From the NCBI GenBank assembly GCA_965652295.1, contig CBFGTS010000027.1:1-14750 (forward strand): a stretch of 14,750 bases of DNA, in the 5' to 3' direction. The position numbers and the translations under genes were made by a program. This document shows, piece by piece, positions 8,183 to 14,750 of this stretch (position 1 is the first letter of the stretch; every line of letters begins with the position of its first letter). The DNA comes from an uncultured Haloferula sp. Lineage in GTDB: Bacteria; Verrucomicrobiota; Verrucomicrobiia; Verrucomicrobiales; Akkermansiaceae. The notes beneath the pieces were generated by a model. The model did no database searches. It was not told where the DNA came from and saw nothing but the letters and a program-made list of their open reading frames with translations.

Positions 8183-8188
8183 CTTTCC

Positions 8189-8977
8189 ATGCGCTGGCTC
8201 CTCCTCTTCCTCATCCCCGCAGCTTGGGCCAACGACACCGCGATGCACGATGGCGGCAGCGGACCGGAGCCGGTCGGCTGGAAGAAGGACGTGGAGAGCA
8301 TCATCCGCATGGTGCGTGAGGAGGTCGAGGTGGAGATGAACCCCTACGACTCCGCGGTGACCTGCCGCTTCATCTTTGTCAGCGGGAAAAAGGACGCACC
8401 CGCGGTGCAGTTTCTTGGCTTTCCCGACATCACGCGCAGCTCGGAGTACGAGGGCGACACGATGGGGCCACTGCGCGACATGCGGACCTTCGTGAACGGC
8501 CGTGAGGTCAAAAGCAACCTCGTCAGCAAACGCCTCGAAACCGACGGCACCTGGACCGACCTCGCCGAGCCCGACCCGCCCTGCGAAACATGGCACGTGG
8601 TGAAGGTCAGCTTTCCGCCCGGCGAGGAAGTCGTGGTCGAGCGCCGCTTCCGCACCGACAACGGCCAGACCGCCGGCGGACCGGTATTCTTCGGTTACAC
8701 CACGGAAACGGGCGGCAACTGGCACGGCACGATCGGGCACGGAAAATTCATCGTCCACCTCGCCGAGGGCATGCAGGCGGCGAAGCTCGCCACCGAACCG
8801 GCAATCGGTTGGCGGCGCAGCGACGATGGTCGCACGCTCACGCTGGAGTGGAAGAACTTCGAGCCCCGCACCGAGCCGGAGCGGACCTGGTGGTCGGTGG
8901 GGTGGTTCCCGAAAGACGGCGTGATGAGCCGCGAGGACGAACCGCGCGGATCGTTGAAGGGAGTTTTCGCAGAGTAA
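8189..8977 (+). CDS. Secreted DUF4424-like protein
   Basis: Short signal peptide MRWLLLFLIPAAWA/ND, then IRMVREEVEV, VTCRFIF, LGFP and FGYTTETGGNWHGTIG. Confidence 0.72.
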   Translation: MRWLLLFLIPAAWANDTAMHDGGSGPEPVGWKKDVESIIRMVREEVEVEMNPYDSAVTCRFIFVSGKKDAPAVQFLGFPDITRSSEYEGDTMGPLRDMRTFVNGREVKSNLVSKRLETDGTWTDLAEPDPPCETWHVVKVSFPPGEEVVVERRFRTDNGQTAGGPVFFGYTTETGGNWHGTIGHGKFIVHLAEGMQAAKLATEPAIGWRRSDDGRTLTLEWKNFEPRTEPERTWWSVGWFPKDGVMSREDEPRGSLKGVFAE

Positions 8978-9002
8978 CCGGCTGGCCGCCGCTCCTTCGG
9001 AC

Positions 9003-10001
9003 TCAGTCCCCGAACAGGTTCCCCAGCCCGCCGATCACCGAGCCTTCGCCCTTGTTCTGCGAATACATGCCGGTGATCCGCTGCGCCAGACGCGCGAATG
9101 GCATGCTCTGCAGCCAGACCGAACCGTGCCCCTGCAGCGTCGCGAGAAACAGGCCCTCGCCGCCGAAGACCATCGACTTCAGGTTCCCCGCGCGCTCGAT
9201 GTTGTAGTTCACGCCCTTGGTGAAGCCGACCAGGCAGCCGGTATCGACCATCAGCTTCTCGCCCTTCAGCTCCTTGCGCACCACGGTGCCCCCGGCATGG
9301 ACGAAGGCCATGCCGTCGCCGTTGAGCTTCTGCAAAATGAAGCCCTCCCCGCCGAACAGACCCGTGCCGAGCTTCTGGTTGAAAGCGATTCCCACCTTGG
9401 TGCCCATGGCCGCGCAGAGGAACGCGTCCTTCTGGCACAGCAGCTCGCCACCCGTCTCCGAGAGATTCACCGGCACCACCGTACCTGGATATGGCGCGGC
9501 GAAGGTGACGTGCTTCTTGCCGCTGCCGCGGTTGGTGAAGTGGGTCATGAACAGCGACTCGCCGGTGATCGCGCGCTTGCCGGCGGAAAGCAGTTTGCCC
9601 ATCAGCCCCTGCTCCGGCTCCGAGCCATCGCCCATCTTCGTTTCAAAAACGATGCCGTCCTCCATGTAGTTCATCGCCCCCGCTTCGGCGATCACCGTCT
9701 CGCCGGGATCGAGCTCGATTTCCACCATCTGGATCGACTCGCCGATGATCTCGTAATCGATCTCGTGCGAACGCCGGCCCGCTTGCATCGGCGGCGGGCT
9801 CCCGGCCGGCAGCGGCGGGGGTGCGCCAGCGCCCTGGAAAAGCTGCGGCAGCACCTGCGAGGCCGGCTCCCAAGCCGCCATGCCCGCCGTCCACATCATC
9901 GTCGCCGGCTTGATCGCGCCGGCTTCCACCAGCTCCGTCAGGTTCTCTTCATCCGTCTGGGCTTGGCCGCCCCCGCCACTGGAGTAATGCCAGGTTTTCA
10001 T
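9003..10001 (-). CDS. TIGR00266/AIM24-family protein with N-terminal GYF_2 (DUF4339) domain
   Basis: N-terminal WHY...[26 protein letters not shown], Pro-rich linker, then [73 protein letters not shown]. Start follows TAGCCT-7. Confidence 0.9.
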   Translation of the reverse strand: MKTWHYSSGGGGQAQTDEENLTELVEAGAIKPATMMWTAGMAAWEPASQVLPQLFQGAGAPPPLPAGSPPPMQAGRRSHEIDYEIIGESIQMVEIELDPGETVIAEAGAMNYMEDGIVFETKMGDGSEPEQGLMGKLLSAGKRAITGESLFMTHFTNRGSGKKHVTFAAPYPGTVVPVNLSETGGELLCQKDAFLCAAMGTKVGIAFNQKLGTGLFGGEGFILQKLNGDGMAFVHAGGTVVRKELKGEKLMVDTGCLVGFTKGVNYNIERAGNLKSMVFGGEGLFLATLQGHGSVWLQSMPFARLAQRITGMYSQNKGEGSVIGGLGNLFGD

Positions 10002-10081
10002 CGCCGCGAGGCTACGTGAATCCGGCGGACACGCCACGGGAAAATCGGTGACGGATTTCCATGGCCCCGCCACCCTCCGGC

Positions 10082-10687
10082 ATGTCCAAGGACCTCCTCG
10101 CCCTCAGCCGCGAAATCAAGGGCATCGCCGAAACCGGCCTGCGCTACTCCGAGGGAGCGTTCGATCGCGAACGCTACGAGCGCCTCCATCAGATCGCCTC
10201 CGAACTGCTCCAGGCCGAGGTCCCCGGCTTCGCCTGGCCGGTCGAGTTCGGCTACCCGACGCCGAAGGTGGATTCCCGCGCCGCCGTGGTCCAGGAGGGA
10301 AAAATCCTGCTCGTCCGCGAGCGCAGCAACGGCCTCTGGACACTCCCCGGCGGTTGGATGGACGCCGATCATTCCCCTTCGGAAAACGCCGTCCGCGAGG
10401 TGCTTGAGGAGAGCGGCTACCACGTCCGCGTCACCAAGCTCGTCGCCGTCTGGGACAAGGCGAAGCACGGCCATCCGCCCGAGCCCGAATACACCTACAA
10501 GTTCCTCTTCCTCTGCCAGCTCCTCGGCGGCGGCGATCCCCCCGGGCACGATCACGAAATCTCGGAAGTCGGCTGGTTCACCCCCGCCGATCTCCCGCCC
10601 CTGTGCCCACACCGCGCGTCCCCGGAATACGTCACCGCCGCCTTCCGCCATCACGCCGACCTCTCGCTGCCCACCGAGTGCGATTAG
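10082..10687 (+). CDS. Nudix hydrolase with Nudix_N domain (YjhB/ADP-ribose pyrophosphatase-like)
   Basis: IAETGLRYS...[21 protein letters not shown], Nudix box [24 protein letters not shown]. Confidence 0.9.
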   Translation: MSKDLLALSREIKGIAETGLRYSEGAFDRERYERLHQIASELLQAEVPGFAWPVEFGYPTPKVDSRAAVVQEGKILLVRERSNGLWTLPGGWMDADHSPSENAVREVLEESGYHVRVTKLVAVWDKAKHGHPPEPEYTYKFLFLCQLLGGGDPPGHDHEISEVGWFTPADLPPLCPHRASPEYVTAAFRHHADLSLPTECD

Positions 10688-10882
10688 GAGGCTGTTGGAG
10701 ATCCCGTCGGCCTGCAGCGAGTCACGAGGCACCTTTCCACCCGGATCCGGATTCCACCGGTTTCGGCACCTCCGGATTCAGCTTCTGTTCATCTACCCTC
10801 TGGTAAGGACGCACCGATCGCCCCCTCGATCACGCATCCCGTGGATGCCTCCTTCCCTTCAATTCCCCACTCCCGACCATTA

Positions 10883-11671
10883 ATGACCATGACCCCCACC
10901 ATGCTTTTTGCCCCCCTTGCCGGTCTTCTCCTCACCTCTCCCTGCCTGGCAGTGGTGTTTCTCGCTGACGGTGCCATCCATGAAATCGACACCGCCTCCG
11001 CGGATCACATCTACATCGGAGAAGACCCGGGTGGCGACCCGACGACGTTGATCCTCCAACCCGGAGGCGAAATCAACGGCAGCGACGGAGACGACGACTC
11101 GGTGAGCTTCTTCGGGCGCACCATCGGCATCTTCAATGGCGGCTCGATCGCCGAAGACCTCTACGCCGAAGGCCAGGCCAGCATCACCGTGACCGATGGC
11201 ACGTTCAACGATGACTTCCAGCTCTTCGACGAAGCTTCCGCCATCATCTACGGCGGCACCATCCACGGAGACATCGAGCTGCTCGACGACTCCTATCTTG
11301 AGATCCTCGGCGGGACGTTTGTGGAGGACCTGGAGGTCGATTCCATGGCGGTGATTCGGGGCGGGAGCTTCCTGATGCAGGGCATCGAATACGGGCTCGC
11401 CACCGCGGGCGGAACGATCGTGCTGGACGGTTCGGGCTTCGCGCTCGACGGCGCTCCGGTCGACTTCGGCGATCTCGCCGCGCTCTCGGGCAACCTCACC
11501 GGCACGCTCGCGGACGGCACCGCCTTGGACGTCACCGTGAACCGCAACCCCTGGAATGACGTGAATTTCATCGGCACCATCACGCTCGTCCCCGAACCCT
11601 CGACCTGCGCCCTCGCCCTGCTGGCGGGAGTTTCCATGGCTTCCGTCCGGCGCAGGCCCTCTGCGTCTTGA
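10883..11671 (+). CDS. PEP-CTERM sorting domain protein, acidic, with ~19-aa internal repeats
   Basis: Signal peptide, then C-terminal VPEPSTCALALLAGVSMASVRRR. Start may be 10883, 10889 or 10901. Confidence 0.88.
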   Translation: MTMTPTMLFAPLAGLLLTSPCLAVVFLADGAIHEIDTASADHIYIGEDPGGDPTTLILQPGGEINGSDGDDDSVSFFGRTIGIFNGGSIAEDLYAEGQASITVTDGTFNDDFQLFDEASAIIYGGTIHGDIELLDDSYLEILGGTFVEDLEVDSMAVIRGGSFLMQGIEYGLATAGGTIVLDGSGFALDGAPVDFGDLAALSGNLTGTLADGTALDVTVNRNPWNDVNFIGTITLVPEPSTCALALLAGVSMASVRRRPSAS

Positions 11672-11734
11672 TAACAGAAAGCCCTTCCGGCCCCTCGGAT
11701 GCGCACGCGATCGAGCCGCGCGGCGCAGCTCGTC

Positions 11735-12100
11735 TTACCCGGCTTTCACCCGCGCCTCCTCGATCACAAAGGCCTTCAGCTGCACCATGCGACCATCGCG
11801 AAATCGCCAAACATCGCAGTAGGCATGATCGACATCCTTCCCGTCCCCGTCCTTCAAGGTGATGGTGCCGAGGGCTGTCACCCAGTCGCCTTCTGCAATG
11901 AGGTGGGCGACCTCGAATCGCGGCGGCTCGAGGTAAATCTCCGCCAGGTACTGTCGGACCTCCTCCTTCCCCCGCAACGTCCGGTCCCCTACGAACACCC
12001 ACTCCGTGTCCTCGGAGCAGAGCGCCAGAAATCCTTCATGATCGCCCCGGGAAATCGCGGCGTTCGCCCTTCTCAATATCTCCTTGTTCGTCTCGGTCAT
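11735..12100 (-). CDS. SnoaL/NTF2-like (ketosteroid isomerase-like) protein
   Basis: NKEILRRANAAISRGD.EGFLALCSEDTEW, GKEEV, LIAEGDWV, YCDVWRFRDGRM. Confidence 0.85.
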   Translation of the reverse strand: MTETNKEILRRANAAISRGDHEGFLALCSEDTEWVFVGDRTLRGKEEVRQYLAEIYLEPPRFEVAHLIAEGDWVTALGTITLKDGDGKDVDHAYCDVWRFRDGRMVQLKAFVIEEARVKAG

Positions 12101-12240
12101 GAGAGTCCTGTCACACGCGCGGGAAGCTCCTCCATGAATCGGTCCGGTCAAGAGGCCGATCGGAGCCCGTATGGCCGGGCCGGAACGATCTCGTCAAACT
12201 CCACAAGGCCGCGGCGGGTGAACCCCGGCCTGGGTTTTAC

Positions 12241-12591
12241 TCACTCCCGGAGGATCTTCTCCATGGCTTTCCCCTTCGCCAGCTCGTCGATCAGTTTGTC
12301 CAGAAGGCGGACCTTTCGCACCAGCGGATCCTCGACTTCCTCGACCCGCACGCCGCAGACGACACCCTTGATGAGCGCGCTGTTTGGATGGATTTCCGGA
12401 GCTTGGGCGAAGAACGTCTTGAAGTCGTTGCCTTGTTCGATCTGCCGCTCAAGCCCAGCTTGGTCGTAGCCGGTCAGCCAGCGGATGATCTGATCGACTT
12501 CTTCCTTCGTCCGGTCCTTCCGTTCCGCTTTCTGGACATAAAGCGCATAGACCTTCGCGAATTCCATCTCGGAAATGGGTGTTCTGGGCAT
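12241..12591 (-). CDS. DUF2200-family protein
   Basis: [74 protein letters not shown]. Confidence 0.88.
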   Translation of the reverse strand: MPRTPISEMEFAKVYALYVQKAERKDRTKEEVDQIIRWLTGYDQAGLERQIEQGNDFKTFFAQAPEIHPNSALIKGVVCGVRVEEVEDPLVRKVRLLDKLIDELAKGKAMEKILRE

Positions 12592-12679
12592 GGTCGGATG
12601 TTTGCTTCGTTCAAACGGACGGGAGGCTCTCTTCATTTCAGTCGCATTGGCACTGCCGCCCCCGGCAAGGCTCCGCACC

Positions 12680-13519
12680 TCAAACGCAGATCCGCCAGAC
12701 CACCGAGCCGTCATCAGCCGGCGAGGGGACGTAGCGGACCTCGATGCGTTCCTCGTCTGTGGCTCCGACGGTGTCTTCATCCGGGATCGGCGCGCCCCGT
12801 TCGGCGACGTAAGCGAGCAGGTTGTAAAAGCGCTCGATCTCCCGGCCCGCTGTCTCCTGAGGAACGATCATATAAAGATCCGGCAGACCGAACTGTCCCA
12901 TGCCGCGACTCAGGAAACTGACCTTCTCTTCGTCTTCCGCCCCCCGGCTGAGGCCGTTCCATAGGAACGCGCGAGGCATGGCCGCCGGCGTTTCGGCCAC
13001 CGAGAGAAAAAAGTCCGCTGGATGAGTGGCCCCCGCATTTCCCCAATACACCGCCGGAGCCCCGGCCGCCGCCGTCACTGCGGCGATCGCCGAGGTAAAG
13101 GCCATCATCCGGGCAAACGGCGTCGCCTCCTCGCTCCCTGGAAGCAGACTCACCACCAGATGGGCCGCGTGGGGAGCGAGCGGTGCATCGCGACCCAAGG
13201 AGGAAACGCTATAATCGAGGTGATGCTCGGCCTCCCCACCGGGGACGGGGATCTCGCAAAGCAGGACGCAGAGCGATCCGATCCCTCCCATCGGGAGCAC
13301 GAGCGCCTGGTCGGAAGGTTCTCCGTCGTCCTGAGGTAGGGCCATCACCTCGTTCCCGCCCCGGAAGCGCTCGAAGGCCTTCACAATCTCCCCGGCATCT
13401 GGAAGCCGAGCTTCTTCGAGCAACACAAAGGCCAGCGGGGGGCCGGCTTCCTTCACTTCCGGAGTCCCCGGCAAAACCGCTTCCGCCTTCTTTTTTCTCC
13501 ATCTGTCCAGCCAGCCCAT
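12680..13519 (-). CDS. DUF4261 domain-containing protein
   Basis: [15 protein letters not shown]-terminal [12 protein letters not shown]...YNLLAYV...[10 protein letters not shown]. Confidence 0.75.
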   Translation of the reverse strand: MGWLDRWRKKKAEAVLPGTPEVKEAGPPLAFVLLEEARLPDAGEIVKAFERFRGGNEVMALPQDDGEPSDQALVLPMGGIGSLCVLLCEIPVPGGEAEHHLDYSVSSLGRDAPLAPHAAHLVVSLLPGSEEATPFARMMAFTSAIAAVTAAAGAPAVYWGNAGATHPADFFLSVAETPAAMPRAFLWNGLSRGAEDEEKVSFLSRGMGQFGLPDLYMIVPQETAGREIERFYNLLAYVAERGAPIPDEDTVGATDEERIEVRYVPSPADDGSVVWRICV

Positions 13520-13667
13520 CAGCCTATTCGTCTTCGTTCCCCGCCAGTAACCCCCTCCCCGTTTCCTCGGTCGAGGGAAATCCCCCGGTGATCGAGTTCA
13601 GGGCACGCGCGGCCGCCACACTCCGCAAATCGGACAGAGGGTCGATGGCGGATAGCTCCCGGCAACC

Positions 13668-13696
13668 TTCCGGAGCTGCGGCATTCCGGCCGCTGG
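13668..13696 (+). repeat. REP-like palindrome copy 2 (degenerate)
   Basis: TTCCGGAGCTGCGGCATTCCGGCCGCTGG, two mismatches versus 7134-7162. Confidence 0.65.
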
Positions 13697-13746
13697 ACCG
13701 GTCGGGTCCACTTGACCTGGGTCTCGGTTTCGAGCTGACTGAAACC

Positions 13747-14750
13747 ATGAAAGGAGGTTTTCATCGACCGGAGGCAAGGGAGCTCCCAAGGGCCTCTTCC
13801 TTCGTGACTCTGGTCCTTGTTGTGGCTGTCGCGAGGGCAGACGCCGCGAGCCTGGCGATTTCGCAAGGGGCCGCGTTCTCCGTCTTCGACGCGGAGGCAG
13901 TGACTTGGGATGATTACTACGACTCGGGAACGATCGATGAATCCTCCGTGGCCAACTTGAATCGGAGCAGCGGCTTGGATGGGCGCATCCACTACACATC
14001 CGAGAGCAGCTTCGGACGCCTCCAGCAGTCGGGTACCGTCACCGCGAATCCAGGTCACACCTCCGGCTGGTTCACCAACGATGCTCAGTGGCGGGATCAA
14101 TGGACGATCACCTCAAGTTCCGTCTTTGACGGCACTCGGGGCACGCTCATCTTCGAAGCCTACCTCGACGTGGGCAATGCCGCCCTCCAGACGGATTCGA
14201 CGAGCCTCGCGACGCTGTATGCTTCCGGAGAATTCGCCGTAGGCTTCCAATCGCACTCTTGGAGTTACAATTTCCTGCCCGGCGGTGGGATGGACATGAC
14301 GATTATATGGAGCACCGACGACGAGGTAGGCGACGCTCTTGGCTCGGGATTCGGTTCGCTGTACACAGCGGAATTCAGCTTTGAATTTGGGAAGCCTTTC
14401 AACTTCTGGGGGATTTCAACCATCGGAGCTCAAGCCTCCAATGTGCCGGGATTCCATGTGGAGGCGTTTGCTGAGATCGTCGACTTCGAGTTCAACCTGA
14501 TCGGGGTCTCGGCATTCCGGGGGCATGAACAGGTGAACGATATCCGGATCATGACTGCCTCCGGCGTTGATTATTTTGCGACCGTTCCCGAGCCAGAATC
14601 GATCATCCTTGTGATGATCTCAATGGTCGGCGGCGCGTTGAGTCGCCGAAGAAAATCATCGCCTTGGGGTCAGTCCTCGCCTTGGGGTCAGAGTCCTCGC
14701 CTTGGGGTCAGTCCTAGATTTCGCGCACTTCCTCCAGCCTCTTCAAGCCC
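13747..14750 (+). CDS. PEP-CTERM sorting domain protein, open at the window edge (not in the ORF track)
   Basis: Hand translation from ATG 13747: MKGGFHRPEARELPRASSFVTLVLVVAVARADA... uninterrupted to VPEPESIILVMISMVGGALSRRRK (VPEP at 14584-14595). It reads on through the tandem repeat with no stop before 14750. Confidence 0.82.
   Translation, partial: MKGGFHRPEARELPRASSFVTLVLVVAVARADAASLAISQGAAFSVFDAEAVTWDDYYDSGTIDESSVANLNRSSGLDGRIHYTSESSFGRLQQSGTVTANPGHTSGWFTNDAQWRDQWTITSSSVFDGTRGTLIFEAYLDVGNAALQTDSTSLATLYASGEFAVGFQSHSWSYNFLPGGGMDMTIIWSTDDEVGDALGSGFGSLYTAEFSFEFGKPFNFWGISTIGAQASNVPGFHVEAFAEIVDFEFNLIGVSAFRGHEQVNDIRIMTASGVDYFATVPEPESIILVMISMVGGALSRRRKSSPWGQSSPWGQSPRLGVSPRFRALPPASSS
14659..14715. 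repeat. Three tandem copies of TCGCCTTGGGGTCAG(AG)TCC
   Basis: Units 14659-14676, 14677-14696 (with a 2-nt AG insertion) and 14697-14714. Confidence 0.92.
14714..14749 (-). CDS. Possible 3' end of a gene entering from the right (...GLKRLEEVREI*), perhaps a Y1/RAYT-type transposase
   Basis: Minus-strand frame ends in TAG immediately before GACTGACCCC. Only 11 codons are visible. Confidence 0.25.
   Translation of the reverse strand, partial: GLKRLEEVREI

Noticed and set aside
9003..13519. AIM24, Nudix, SnoaL, DUF2200 and DUF4261 as one defence or stress system
   Set aside because: Mixed orientations, apparent separate promoters and 80-200 bp gaps. Nothing in the sequence links them.
13519..14242. 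Track ORFs 13519-14100(-), 13598-13999(-), 13524-13748(-) and 13979-14242(+)
   Set aside because: Three overlap the real PEP-CTERM CDS starting at 13747 and one spans the intergenic REP-like region. All have shadow-like composition.
14659..14715. Mini-CRISPR interpretation of the 3x repeat
   Set aside because: Units are 18-20 nt and directly adjacent, with no unique spacers.

Overview
GC-rich bacterial chromosomal window. A Verrucomicrobia-like origin is inferred from two PEP-CTERM proteins and the apparently leaderless promoter style. It holds mostly independently transcribed genes: bioA, a secreted CE12/GDSL esterase, a HAD hydrolase, a DUF4250-like protein, a SAM-methyltransferase-like protein, a Cys-Cys-tailed ArsP/DUF318 permease, prfB with the canonical +1 programmed frameshift, a membrane protein, a DUF4424-like secreted protein, a GYF_2-AIM24 (TIGR00266) fusion, a Nudix hydrolase, a SnoaL-like protein, DUF2200-like and DUF4261-like proteins, and two PEP-CTERM proteins. 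The second PEP-CTERM gene is missing from the ORF track because it has no stop inside the window. I see no clear multi-gene novel system. The most unusual signals are non-coding or small: (1) two near-identical GGAG-footed REP-like palindromes, each just before a compositionally atypical gene; (2) a 3x GGGGTCAGTCC-containing tandem repeat sitting where the PEP-CTERM stop codon should be; (3) an exact 107-bp tandem duplication of the bioA 3' end; (4) an unannotated 32-aa membrane peptide ORF; (5) a probable truncated nucleotidyltransferase relic. Family assignments come from motifs recognised by eye, not from database searches.
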